From Nymphaea colorata (taxonomy: Eukaryota), in NCBI RefSeq assembly GCF_008831285.2, contig NC_045138.2, positions 16,554,001 to 16,618,000 of the forward strand: 64,000 bases of DNA. The letters run 5' to 3'. The position numbers were made by a program, and so were the translations under genes. Position 1 is the first letter of the stretch. Every line of letters starts with the position of its first letter. The notes under the pieces were generated by a model that saw only the letters and a program-made list of their open reading frames with translations, did not search any database and was not told the origin of the DNA. Shown piece by piece: positions 13,154 through 26,849 of the stretch.

Positions 13154-15216
13154 CCTACGTCCCTGCACATCTGATCAGTTCAGTCAGTGTTAGATCTTGA
13201 GATGAATTATGTCTACAACAAACAGCCCACTAAGCAGGGCAAGTATCTAGCTTGAAAGAAGTCTACAGATAGAAACCTAAGGTATGTCTGACTTTCCAGA
13301 ACCGGTCTGTGGTGGGAGATGTCTTAAGTTTTAACTAATAACACTTGTTCAAATACAGATCGGAAGACCAAAAAAAAAAAAAAATCCGCAACTTCTGCAT
13401 CTCGCTTAGCTTTGGAAGGGTCCCACTGAAAATCCAAACTTATGTACTTGGATTTATGCACCTAAGAAGTCACTGTACTATAAATTATTGGCTCCCTTTC
13501 ATAGACGGTTTGCTGTCGGTGAATTTTTAACGGTCGAACATTTCATAAGAAAGAGAGAGAAAACTTAATTGTTGGGTTGCCCCCAACAATTGAACAATAA
13601 TAATTTAATTTCGCTCTAAATTATATTCGAGTTATTTATGCGCTCTCCTACGGGTCGTCCAAAGCACATCGTTCAACGAGAAATAAATTCCCAAATTTCA
13701 AGAAGGGAAAGAAGCGCATCAAACGCGCCATTGAAAATCTTCGATAAGAGATCAAGGAAAAAGAGTATCTCGGACGGTTTGTCTGCCCGTTAGGGCTTCG
13801 CAGGTCGCAGCTTCCTTTTCACGGTTTCACTCACCGCTCCCGGGACCCCGCCCTCTCTCCATCTCTCCCTCGCTCTCCCTCTTCCCGCGCTCTTGCTTTC
13901 GTCTGCTTTTCAATCCGTCGCCGGCAGCGTCAAGCCAGACCGCCGCCCCTTTTTCCCTCGCTCAACCCATATCGTCGCCGGCGCTTCCATCTCGATAGAG
14001 TGCCATTCCTGTGACTTCCGATCCACCGCCGCCGGAGGGGTGCCGTTCTCCTCATCGGTACACCGTCTTCCTTTTTTTTCATCTACATATTCATCTCTCT
14101 CTCTCTCTCTCTGCCGGAGCGATCCGTCTTAGCTCACGCGGTTATGTGGTTGCTTGACCTGGCCCTCTGCCTTCACTTTTTATCTTTTCGCCTTGGCTAC
14201 TTATTTGCCTATATGTGTTGTTTGGACTTCAAGTTGATTGGTTTGTTAAGTCTTGACTACTTGTTTGTCCGTCTGTCTGTTTTATTTAGACTTCAAGTTA
14301 CTGATGTAGATTGCGTTGCTTTATGTTAGAAAATCTGATTTTAGTGATTGAGAACTTCTTTTGTGCCAACTTTCTTGCTGTCCTCCACACCGTGCTGAAA
14401 ATCACTGGATGTGGAGGTTCTCTTTCATTGGTTTATCGGTCATCTGAAATTTTTGACTGAAGAGTCTAAATGTGATCATTTTGAGGAAAACAAAGCTTGG
14501 AAGTGACTGACTGAAATTTGTTTTAATCTATGGCTGTTTTTTTGTCGTGTGAAATATGAAATAGGTAGTCGACAGTTTAGATGTTACATAGAGCTAAATT
14601 GCTAAATATACATGTCTTTCCTATGTTGATCAATTAACATAAACCACGTTGATAGCATGTTGAGGCATAAACAACTGAATTCAAGTGAACAACACTAAAT
14701 TGATTGTCGATTCAAATTAACATGTAGTAATTTTGTTAACAAAGAAACGGAACAACCCTAATTTTAATTGTCTTTATGTTGTTCACTGGTTTTCATCTCA
14801 ATATCCAACGGACTTGCAACTCTCTCGCCTTTGTATGTTACTGGTATTGAAACATGAACATTTCTCCCGTTGACATGCATCAAATTGCAAGCTAGTTTCA
14901 TCTCTTTATTGAATAAGTCCTTTCACAATATTCTCATAATGCCACAGATAGACATAACTTGAAGCTGATATATGGCTCATGGTTTGCTAAATATCATGCA
15001 GTGATGGTTCCCCAGCAATTAAAAAATATGTCAAAGAGCTTTCCGACTTGTTAATCTACAATCAACTTCATCCAGCAGCTTTCCAGACTTGGTTGATGTA
15101 GGTATGATTAGATCGTTCTTATTCTAGTGAACTTGATTTTGAGCAAATCTTTGTGGTCTAATGTATGATTGGAAACATACTCACTCTGATAGTAAGCTCT
15201 TTATCCTAGTTGCCAT

Positions 15217-15568
15217 CTATCTCACATGGTTACGGGTACGATACTGGTCCGAGTATGGAGATGCGGGTACGGGTACGACGATTTTTAGAAAATTTGGGTA
15301 CAGGGGTATGGCATAGTGTATATGTAAATTTATATATTATATAATAGTCCACAAAAATTCTTAAAATTAAAGAAAAATGGGAGGAGAATATAGAATCTTA
15401 GTGGAAGGGAAATATAAAAGAAGGGAAAAATCAAAATTAGAGAAAAAATTAAGTTTGAAAATATAATTTTAAATGTTTTAAAATGCAGCCATACGCTCAT
15501 GCCTGTGTCGCTGTACCCACGTACCGACACCGGTACCTGCGCAAATTACATGTACCCATGTCACATAG
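15217..15568. mobile_element. Complete hAT-type MITE (352 bp) upstream of the first coding exon of the 16126-20943 gene, probably in a 5'-UTR intron
   Basis: TIRs CTATCTCACATGGTTAC / GTACCCATGTCACATAG (14/17). Perfect 8-bp TSD GTTGCCAT at 15209-15216 and 15569-15576. GGGTACG subterminal repeats and an AT-rich core. Confidence 0.9.
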
Positions 15569-16125
15569 GTTGCCATTCTTCTTGTAGCAGCAAATATGTG
15601 AGAATGATTTCTGGAATTAATATTTTAGACTTTCAAGCACATGCCCAATCGGGAAGTTGGAATTTTTTTTCCTCTTCCAGCTATTCCAGAATTATAATTC
15701 TAGCACAAATGAATGAGGTTCTACCCTTTTGTTTGTTGTCCTTCCCTTCGGCTGTGTCTCAGCTAAAATGGAACAGAATAAATAGTTGATTGACTCTATG
15801 TTATTTGGTGGTTATATCTTCAATTTGCATTTGGCACCGAATAGGGAAAATTACTGGTTATATTTGTCCTAGTTTTGAGTTGACATAATCACTCTATATA
15901 TGCTGTAGATAGAAAAAATTGTCATTATTGAGCTCCGATGTCTTACATATCTCTTGCAAATATGTAACGTTCTTCTAATTCTGTTTCGTGTTATAGGCAA
16001 TTTCTTATGAAGAACTTGGTCTGATCAATGCAGAAATGATAGTTTTTTGCCCTAATGGGAGCACTCACAGCACCATGAGCTAAGTTTATAGCCTCTTTTT
16101 TTAAATGATGTCTCCTGCACAGGCA

Positions 16126-19100
16126 ATGATTAAGGTCAAGAAAGAAAATTACCATGACTGTTTTACGACATCTGATGTAAAGACAACCAGAATACATGAA
16201 ACAACAGCAACTGTTATTGGGAAAAATCAAGAGCTTTTCGATTTAGGTAAGGACATTGTGGATCCGGAGAAGGCACTGGATTCTGATTGTAATTTGGATG
16301 GGGTAGGTGATGAAGTGATTGATATTCTTGAAGATGTTGATACTGGCATGCGACTCTCTCCAACTGGGGGGGGAACAGAATGTTCTAGTTCCTTCTCAAA
16401 TACTGACTCAGATGGTGAAAGTTCTACTATGAATTCTGTTGATTTCGAAGTAGAATCACAATACCATTGTGACAACGATATGTCAAGGTTGTTCATGAGG
16501 TATTTTTCCATGTCCTTTATTATGTACAAAAGTTTACCTTTTTATGTTAACTTTGTTGGGTATATAACATGCTCTGCAAATCTAATACTGCTTATTGTAA
16601 GACCTGAAAGCTAAACATGGTTAACTGCACGTAAATTCCAATAATTTTCTCGAGAAAATGTTGGGAAGCATTAGATGTTTTCAAATTAAAGAATATCTCT
16701 AAAACAGTGATACGGTGTAACATACTTGCGTGATGTTTTCAAATTAAACAATATCTCTAAAACAGTGATATGGTGTAACATACTTACGTGGCACCTTACT
16801 TCACTATGGGAGAGAAACAATTAAAAATATTATAAAGTGGAAAAATTGTGATTAAAATAGTAAAAATTTTCAAAACTCCAAAAGTGGTATATCATCAACT
16901 TTTTAACTGTGTATGCATGCACGCAAACATTGCAATGTTAAAGTATTTTGTTAATATCCTGAAAACTGAAGAAAATGAAAAAAGAGGAAAAGTTATGCAA
17001 TATTTTTGAGTTTTTCACAATATTACCCTATGTTGTCAAAGGTTCACGTAGGCTTATGCCTAGGCTTGCGTTAGCCCCCAAGCTTGGCAGATTGCCTAGG
17101 CTAGCTGTTCCTATGTGACCTGATACTTAAAAATGCCTATAACATTAAGCCTAGGCTTGCCTATGCACTCAATAGCCTCTATGTATGTAATGTTTTGGCA
17201 ACATAAATGTTTGTTCCTTATTTCCTTATTTTTTTTTCTTTATTTACTTTTTGTTATTGTATGTGCTAAGTAATACAACAGTTGCCTTCATGTACTCATG
17301 TCAGCTATTGCTGTTGTCACAAATATAATTCTTGAGAAAATTTCGGCAAGGTTTTTCTGAGGTATTTTTAGGTAAAATTGCTCTTCTCGGGTAAATCTCG
17401 GAAAATCTGGACAGATTTTTTAAAAATAAAAAAAATCATAGAATATATACACACACATGTATATATATATATATACATATACATACATATATATATATAT
17501 ATATGCAAATAAATACAAACAAAATATATGGCTAGGCGTTCTACATATATTTATAGGCCTGGGATTAGTTCGCTGATGAACTAGTAGGCTGGTTAATTAA
17601 CTAGTTTAAGTAACTAATTGCTAGTTTGAACACAGGTTGATAACCTACTCAATTGACTAGTTGGGGTAGCCAGCCGACTAAATTGGGACTTTGACAACTA
17701 AGATGAGGGGATAGTTGATTTAACATGTGCTACGTCCTTGATTAAGGGAATATGTTATAATGGAAATACTGTTTATGTCTCTTGTGCTTGTCCTGTGTTT
17801 GACATTTTAGCAGAAAAAAGACACTGACTGCTGATTGGAAGAAGTACCGTCATCCTCTCATGTGGAGGTGCCATTGGTTAGAATTGCGGATAAAGGAGCT
17901 TCAGTCTCAAGCATCAAAATATGATAGATTGCTTTTGGAAATAGAACATGGAAAGCAATTGAAGTATAGCCAGGCAACTTTAGACAGTTCTGCTGCCAGG
18001 GTCATTCCCTTTTCCAGCCAGTGCTTTGAAACAAAGATTAAGAAGAGAAGGAAAAGAAAGAGAATAGAGGATATGGTTGATATACAGGCACACATGTCAG
18101 CACACCCATTATTCTCTTATTATGGTACTTATCTGAGATCTGTGCATGCAGCCTTCCAATCAATTGATTTTGTGTATAATTTTTTCTATAACCTTTACAG
18201 AAAGGAAGAAGAAGATTGATGTTGATGGCATCGATGATGATTGCAGTAGTGTCCCAGGTACAGAAGTTTCCTCGTTTCTTTTTCCCTCTTGCTGGTGCAG
18301 TGATTGCAGTCACATGCACACGCATGGATGTGAACTTTACATTCAAAGCATTATAAATCAATGATATTTTTAAATGTGCAGGTAAGATTTTATAAGATTT
18401 TAAAATCAATAGTTTGATTTTCTTTTGGCTTCTAAAACTCATCTTACCTTGTCCAAAAAATTTGTTTTTGTTGTTGGTTTTGGTGAAGGATCTTACTGCT
18501 CATAAGATTAGGGATTAATAGTGGTCATGGAACTAAACCTCCAAAAATCTTTCTACTTGGAGATGATTTTGTATCAGGCCATATTCTTTTTGGAGTTTAT
18601 TTCCATTCAAATTTTTTCAACAGGTAGATAAATGGCTAAGCTATCTTCAGCAGTTTCCGTCTTTTTGGCACAGTGAAGTAACAGCCTAAACCCTGCTAGC
18701 ATAGTTTTTGCCTTGATTGTGTTCCTTGTGTCTCATAGTTTCCATAGCCCACTTCTTGACCTTTTAGCTGCCAATGTCCCTAATTGCTCCACGTCAACAA
18801 AGCATTGCTTGTGGGGACTGGACTTGATAATGGGAAAAGTTGGCTGTCTTTGTTATATTTGTTGAACTAGTTACAAAGTTCATTTTGTCATTGTTGTCAC
18901 TGCAGTTGTTATTGAAGAGCCTAATAACAGCACAGAGGATTTTGGTGTTAACTCTGATTGGACATCCTTTGAGTGGAAGGACAGTGAGAGCTTCCTTGAG
19001 AAAGCTCTTTGGAAGATTGAAGGCTTGCAATCTCGCATCCTGAAGCTGAAAAACCAGCTGAATAAGTTGGTCTTGAAAAATGCAGCAAAGGCATCTTTGG

Positions 19101-20943
19101 TGGAGAATTCAAGCCATTGTGTAGCAGCAGAACCTGTAGCAAGCTCCCTGCAAAGCCCACCCCTCTCACCTGCTCATGGTGAAGCAAAGTTGATGGAAGG
19201 ACTTAATGCACCTTGTCAACAATTGTCTGACTATGAAGCTGGGGACTTGTTCATTCCAGGTAGTGCTGTCTCAAGTTATGCGGACCAAACAATGCTTGAT
19301 CTTGATGACACTGGGAAGTGTATTTTTTCTCTGGCCGACATGCCCTTTGATCAGGTTCCAATGGGTGATTCATGTGAAGATGTAAGAACTTTTAACTGAG
19401 CCTCTTTCTTTTTTCACACTTCTGTAAGACATGGAAGCACCTTGCATATTATACTAAAAGTTATTATTGTACTTCCATGTTACATGGGCACTTCTATAAT
19501 CAGGAAGTGTCATTGTGACATTTCTGGACAATTGCACTGACACTCCCTGTGCATGTCTTAATGGTTGTGCCTTTTTTTTTCTTGTATTTGACGGAAAGGA
19601 GGCTCACCCTATTCTATCAAATTAGTGAAGAGGGGGATGGTATGGGCTGATGAAGCTCCCCTCCTTTCCTCCTTTTTCAGTTAGACTTGTGAACTGGAGG
19701 GAATTAGCAAATTTAACCCTTTTTTTTCAACATATAACTGAGTCTAAGAGATTAAACAAATGCAGATTTTGAGGATTAGTCTTGTAAGCAACAAGGTTGA
19801 CTCTAGGCTTGCTATTTCCTGCAAAAAGTCGTTTTTGTTCCTTTAATGGGGTCCACAGGAAGGCTGCAGGTTTCTGTCGCATGTGTTTTGACAGTAATTA
19901 TGTGTGAAAGCTGTAGCTTGCTTAGATAAAAGCACATGCAATTGCAAAAGCTGGCTGCACCAAAATTCAAAAGGTGTTTAACTACTTACCCATTCTGGCA
20001 TGAATCTTATGTTAGCACCTCCTGGTCCCCATTTGTTTGGTGCAAGGGGAAGGGAATGCCATTTTGCTTCCCTGAGATTTGCATCTTCCTGCTGGAGGTT
20101 TTAAGAGAATATACAATCACTCTCTTCTGAATGCGATCCACATTCTCCATGAAAAGAGCACATGTTAGAATATCTTGAGCCTTGCACTTGCTACTCGGTT
20201 TCGTTCTCACCTATAATGTTCTTCGTTTGTATCAGGAGCTGACAACAGAAATGAGAGGGACCTGTAACTATTGCAGCTTGTACTAGTTGCAATATCTTGC
20301 AGGAATCTGTTTATCTGCAGAAGTTTTATGTTCTTGTCATTACTTTCTAGGTTATTTTCTTTATTTCTTTTTCATTTGTGGTTTGGTGAGTGCTAGATAA
20401 AATTGGAGATCTTGAAGGTTTCAGCGGTAGTTGAGTTTCTTTCTGGTTTTATAGTTTTCCTGGAAGAATGTCATCTTCATACTTGATTCTTAGTCCACTT
20501 GGCAAATGCGCACATCTGCATTTTGCTGTTTTCTGTTGAATAGTAGGACAATATCATCTTTATTATCTTAGACCTGTGTTGATTTTCTACTCATTTCCTT
20601 TATGTAGATATTTGATGAAGTTCTCATTGACAACCAAGCCGCCGAGGAAGGTCTGCAAAATTATGAGGTCTGTCAGCCTGTTGAGAAGACTTGTCAAGTT
20701 AAGGAGGAAAATGTGAGGGATGGTGTTTTTCCAGCTGTTCCAGTCCAACCTTACGGGAGAAAGGTAGAAGAAGAAAATCACAGTACTTTAGCTCCACCAC
20801 CAGAATCATCTGTCTTGGAATTATGCTTGCTCTCTGATGTGCATGTGCCAAGGAACAGGAGGAATCGAGTGGGACGTAGAGTTCCTTCCGGTGTCTGGAA
20901 TGCTGAGAACTCGGTATCTGGTCCTGATCAAGAATCAAGATAA
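16126..20943 (+). CDS. Uncharacterised plant nuclear coiled-coil protein (recalled as At3g59670/At4g37440-like family), 5 coding exons, ~518 aa
   Basis: Exons 16126-16499, 17811(or 17814)-18124, 18201-18257, 18906-19381, 20608-20943 are in frame. Conserved-looking blocks TECSSSF, KKTLTADWKKYRHPLMWRCHWLELRIKELQSQASKYD, KKRRKRKRIED, HPLFSYY, SLEKALWKIEGLQSRILKLK, EVLIDNQAA. A GC/CT-rich probable 5'-UTR exon lies at ~13800-14140. The start codon is uncertain. Confidence 0.85.
16674..16790. repeat. 58-bp tandem duplication in an intron
   Basis: gatgttttcaaattaaa(g/c)aatatctctaaaacagtgata(c/t)ggtgtaacatactt(g/a)cgt occurs twice, with 3 mismatches. Confidence 0.95.
17028..17702. mobile_element. 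Degenerate or composite hAT-like MITE remnant in an intron
   Basis: Ends CTATGTTGTCAAAG / CTTTGACAACTAAG (12/14 inverted match), with GCCTAG and ACTAG subterminal repeats. No TSD found. Confidence 0.45.
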
Positions 20944-23087
20944 CTAGCAAGTTAGGTCTTCCCTTAAGGGATTTGCCTGTTAAAATCTGGTTTATTTAAG
21001 AACAAGAACATTGTCTGGAAATTTGGGTTTGTGAGAAAATGTCCTTTTATCCCGTCGTAGATGGTCTGCATTCTAAGTTGCTGTACAAATAGTTAATAAA
21101 CAGAAATGATTACAGCTCCGGAGAAACAGTTGCTACTGCAGTGTGCAGAGTGTCATCGGAAAAATTCAGTAGATTAGGGAACCTGAGAAAATTTACCCTG
21201 AATCGAACTTTTAATCAGTGAATTTCAGCCCCCTCACGAATCTGAACTCTGCGAATTGCTAACTCTTAATTTGTTATTACCTCATATTTCCAAACAGATC
21301 TAAAGTCAGATATCAAATCTGAGCTATCAAATGCGACGTACAGGTTTTTTTTCTTTCTTTTTTTCGTTTGCCACCAAATGGATTCGAATCAGCCGATTCA
21401 TGTAAAACTGAAGACTGTTGTAGATGAAACAGACAAAACGTCTCGTAACTGACGAATGACTTCTCTATTCTACAAAAGGTAGACTTTATTTGACATTTAT
21501 TCATGAAAAATAAGGTACATATAAGAAATACGAGGATTTTCGAGTTTATAATGAGGTGACCCTAAAGGAAAACTTCCCCGTTTTATGGTGAACTACAATT
21601 ATTTTGATCCCAAGAATTAGCAAGTTGGACTTAATCAGATTTTCATACAAGTGAACCTCAAAGTTAAACACAAAATGACCCCCTTTTTTTTGTCGAAATC
21701 CAACCTAAACCCTCCCAGCATCAGCCCAATTCCTACATGTAATTACATCTCAAATTTTAGATAGATTCACGCTTGAATTTGGACACAAAGCTGCAAACTG
21801 AATTTTGAAAAGAACATTTGAAATTAGTGTTGCACATGAAAAGCAAAAAACTTAAACCATGAAAAGAAATGTGAAGCGTACTCATTCACACGAAAATTTT
21901 TAAAAATCAGACATGTTGAATTTATTTCTTATAAAAGAGAAATTGTCATGTACACTCGACTGCAATGCGCTATAAGATAAAGATGTCTCAATTTTAAAGG
22001 TATTCTTTTACAAACCGGTTAAATATGAAAACTAATCTTATTGTCTTAGGAAATTATGGCCCACTTAACCCTGGACATTCTGAAAGGTTGAAAAACCAAA
22101 GTTGGATTCTCACTCTTTCTCTGAAAAAGCCCAATAATAGTATTAAAACTTCACGACTAGATTCCCTTGAAGGGCTCGTTTGCTTGACAACCTGACAAGA
22201 GACGCTCGTTTTTATAAAGAAAAGTGGGCTCGCTTCTAAATAATACTCATAATGTTATTTTCTATGCAGTCCCCATGTTTTCCATATTAAGAAAAAAGTG
22301 CTTTAGAATATAAAAAACTAAAATCAGCCACACTTATAAACTTGTCACACTGTGTTATATTACAATGCAGTCAATTTATCAAATGTAAAAAGCTCTCTGC
22401 CAAGAATACAATGTGATGTTTGTTTTGAGTTTTAGTTCAAAAGTGAATGCTCATATACATCGAAAACAAGAACAAAGTCTTAACTGTAAAATGCAAGTAA
22501 GTCCTACATTGAGTCTCTAAAGCCACAATGCAGTTAGTTGGTATGCATTATATTGAAAGGGTCTTGAATAACCTTATAAATCTTAAGATCAAAATGTAAC
22601 CTTAAACCTTAAGGTCAAAATTTAAGTTCAACCTCAACAACAGGACAAAGTCTTAAAAATAAAGGCGGAAGACTTTTAGATCCTGGCATGTTATAGCCAT
22701 AATACTCAAAGTCCTCTAAACCTCAACAACATACTATCTATTTTTTTTTTACCCCTCCCTTCTTATGCTCACGACACCCAAATTGTTCTCTCACAAAAGC
22801 GAGTACTAAATTCTAGAACAAAGCAAAAGCAGTCATCAGTATAAAATTTTAAAAAATTGAAGCTCTTTTCGAATATTACGATGAAAAGATTGGTCTTAAA
22901 ACAGGAAACTTGACTTCCCGTTTTGGGCTGAGCAAACGTTGGAAGAGAGCACGATGCGGAAAGTGGAGGAGAGTGGCATCGGGTGGGGCAATGGCCGCCA
23001 CAGGAAGGTGCATGGTCTAGAAAAACGTTGGCACCAGACAACTGAATCTGCACCGAATTGGAGACTGCCCAAGTACTCCTCCGCTCA

Positions 23088-23125
<38 letters not shown>

Positions 23126-23216
23126 GTGTGCCTGTGGCATCAGTTTTGTAGAATCAGAAGTTTGCTAACGTCGCTACCAACTAAAGGAGAACAGAAGAGA
23201 CCGCCAGGAAGCTCTC

Positions 23217-26200
23217 ATGGCCATTGGTGTTCTCGCCCTGCAGGGTTCATTCAACGAGCACATCACGGGTCTCTCTCTTTTGTTCCGAATGAAGTTTCTT
23301 CTGCTTCTGTTTTTAGCTCTTGTGAGGAAAGAGGAGAAGAAAAAGAAGCGTTCTTATATTGGTTGCTCCTTTTTTCTTTTTTTTTGACACAGCACTGAAT
23401 AAACTTGGGGTAAAGGGTGTGGAGATACGGAAGCCGGAGCAGCTGGAGCATGTGAGGGCTCTAATAATACCTGGTGGGGAGAGCACCACGATGGCCAAAC
23501 TTGCTGAATACCACAACCTGGTCCTGCCCTCTTCTCCTTCTCCTATGCTTTTATGAGATTGTGAGACCGCCATGGCCGAAATTTCCTTTATTTTCTCTCG
23601 ATAGTATATACCCCACTTCATTATTTCGCTGTCTTCCTTTCTTTTTCTTCTTTCCGTACTTACTGGTTTTGACAAGTGGTCCTTTCCCAATCTTTTTGTT
23701 CTTCATTACTTTCCCGTACTTTCATGGTTTTTGTCAACTCTTGCTTCATCTTGAATGGGCTCTCAATTAGGCCAAGCTTTTTTTCTCTCTCGTCTTCCTC
23801 AAGAAGTGGGGATGTTGGAGGTGCCACTTGTGAAGTCTTGTTTTTGCGTGGAAAGAAAGTTTCTACGATCTGAACTTATTGCCAACCGCTCATTTTTCGC
23901 TTGGGAAATCATGACTTTCGTTTGTTGTTGAATCTGCAGTTTCCAGCATTACGAAGCTTTGTAAAATCAGGGAAGCCTGTTTGGGGAACCTGTGCAGGGC
24001 TTATATTCTTGGCAGACAGAGCAGTTGGTTAGTGACGTTGACGTTTTCTTTATCGATCGCGATTAGCTACATCGAATATGGAATGAGTTTCTGAGTGTAT
24101 TAGCAATTTACAGGGCAGAAACAGGGGGGACAGGAACTTGTTGGTGGTCTTGATTGTCTTGTTCATCGTAATTTCTTCGGAAGCCAGGTTAAGGAAATAA
24201 GATTTTTATAGACATTCATCAAAGTTACATTTGATTTTTAGAGTACGCTATCCATGCTTATGGAGAGAATGCTAGCTAACTCAGTTCTATTTTCCTATGT
24301 CTTGCAGATTCAAAGCTTTGAAACAGAGCTCTCCGTGCCTACTCTTGCAGACAAGGAAGGCGGTCCTCCAAATTTCCGAGGGATCTTCATTCGTGCTCCT
24401 GCTATTCTGGAAGCAGGGCCTTCAGTTGAAGTCCTTGCTGATTATCCTGTTCCATCAAAGCAAGTAATGGAAACAGCTTCAGAAAGCAAAACCGAGCAGG
24501 TTCTCCACTTTTCAACTTCTTTCCTTTCTTTGGGTTTACGTTCATTTTTCTAGGGTAAATCATGAAACTGTATGACGAATGCACCACGCTTCTTGTGTAT
24601 TATGTTTAGCGAGGGAAGACTTGTTATTTTATGACTCATGCTGCCTCATGTGCTGATTACTCTCTTTCCTTGGGACAGTCATGGCCTTCTATGGAGAATC
24701 TCTTACGTGGATTTTTGTTGCTTTCCGTTTAGTGTCCCTGTTGTATTTTGAGAATATAGCATCAGCGCTTCATTATCCATCATTCCTCAATCTTATTCTA
24801 TTCCTTTAACATATCTGGAATATTGAACCAAATAATACAGAGATCTAGCATATAGAATTTGCTATAATATTATGATTTTCTATCTTCTGCTAGTAGATAC
24901 ACTTTGAACTATCCATGTGTATGTCAAATCCGTCTTGAATCATGGGTTTGTAAACTCAGGGCTTGGTCTCAGATTGGCTAAGCATTCCCCAGCAGTATAT
25001 TTTACGATCTTTACCTGTCAAAGTTATGCAAATCTTTTACATGTGCATATAAGCACACATGTATATGTGTGGCAGAAAAATACGTAGGTTGGAAGAATAA
25101 TGCTTTAAATCACTGAACGTCTGAGAAACGAAGGTTCAGACGGGCAAAAGGGAATCAAGAGAAGTTGTTGAGGACTCAGGACAAGTGGAAGCTTTCATTT
25201 CTTTACTAAATTTTCTGTTGAATTATTTCCTTTCCTTACAATAGCAAATCTCAAAGCGTCTTCTAATGGTGAAAGCAAAATATATGAGCTTTTGCTTGTG
25301 CAAGCAGTTTGTGGTGAATATGTTAAGATCAACCTGAAGCTGTGTGCTGAGAATAGCTTACTTATAAGATGCACAACCAGTTTAGATGATTAGAGGTGCA
25401 TGTGTGAATCTTCAAGTAAAAACTGAAATGCTGATGTGTGACTGCATGCAAGGAAAAAATCGAGCGAACACGCGTTGGAAAAGTCTTTGGTATTCTTGTT
25501 ATGAGTAAATGTTCACATTGATTGGTCTAAAATTTTGTGAAAATCCTTTTGATGCTGCTATATAATGAGCACTCCACCATTGGTGATTGGGCTCTGTAGG
25601 GCCATTATTGGTTTCAGCATCATGTGCTGCATATAGAACCTTTTGTATGTAAAAAATTCTTTTTTCGCTCATTTTACTTCTATATTTTTTTCAATATACA
25701 AAGTTTGAGAACTTTGTAGATGTGTGATTAGATGACATATTTCATAGAGCAATCACTTAGGTGGTTATTGTGGTTTCATGGGCCATCTATAAGCTTTGCC
25801 CTAGTTTCATATGTGCAATTGATGGAAAGCCTGTGAATGGTTGAGATGGAAACTGGCGTATATATGCTACAGTTTGCACTGAGGCAATTAAAAGAAGAAA
25901 CTTTTCCATTTGCTGAAGTGGCAATACAACATCTGCTCTGCAGACACCATCTGATTCTTTTCCCTTTCCTGCTGGATCTAGTCTTTGCCTATTCCATTTG
26001 TTTCCAAGAAATTAACAAAATTAATGTAATTCCCCACTTTTGGATCTGTTTTGCTTGAGAAAAGCCAAAAGTAGCTGGAGGAAAATGACCATTTTTGAAT
26101 CTGTAGATGTAATTTTGGTCTTTATGCCTGATGTGATATTTCAGATGCCCTTGGTATCGAAGCCAGGTGTGGTCAGGCTGATGGTGTACCATGATGTTTT

Positions 26201-26510
26201 TCAATTCTGCAGGAACAGAACAATTCTGGAGAAAAGGTAATTGTTGCTGTGAAACAAGGAAATTTGCTAGCAACTGCATTTCACCCTGAATTGACGGCAG
26301 ATACTAGATGGTACTAATTCTCATAAATATCTTTGACTTTCTAACACGATTTAGTAGGTCTAAATAATTTTGTTGTTAATGATTTCTGATGGCAGTATGG
26401 GGATGTGCAGGCATAGCTTTTTTATGAACATGGTAGATGGCCCTGTGGATGAGGGATCTGCAGACCAAACTATTGCATACATCGCCAAACAACTGCCAGT
26501 ATTTCAGTAA
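23217..26510 (+). CDS. PDX2: Pyridoxal 5'-phosphate synthase glutaminase subunit, 7 exons, ~243 aa
   Basis: Exons 23217-23268, 23393-23520, 23940-24027, 24114-24187, 24308-24499, 26213-26310, 26411-26510 (732 nt). Motifs [27 protein letters not shown] (catalytic Cys), RNFFGSQ, FIRAP, FHPE (His/Glu of the triad). Confidence 0.98.
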
Positions 26511-26849
26511 ATTGAACAACCTTCTGGGCTAGCAATTCTCTGCCAATAATTGCACAAGTGATTCGCATTTGTTGCTTTTCATTTATTAAATTTGGTGGAA
26601 GATCAACATGTACAGAAACTGAAAATTGATTGGATCATTTGTTATGTTAACTTTTGTCCGTTCATAATAATAAGTTTTACAAGGGTATAACTTATATCAC
26701 TCCCAGTCTCCGAGTAAGTACTAGCTGCATGCCTAAAGAGTTTTTGGTAGTCCAGACTGTTCCGGTGCACTGTTAATATGGATTAGCATGTTGCTTAACC
26801 ATTGATAGTTGAGCTACTGTTTGCATCATTTAGTTAGTTTGCTAATTTA

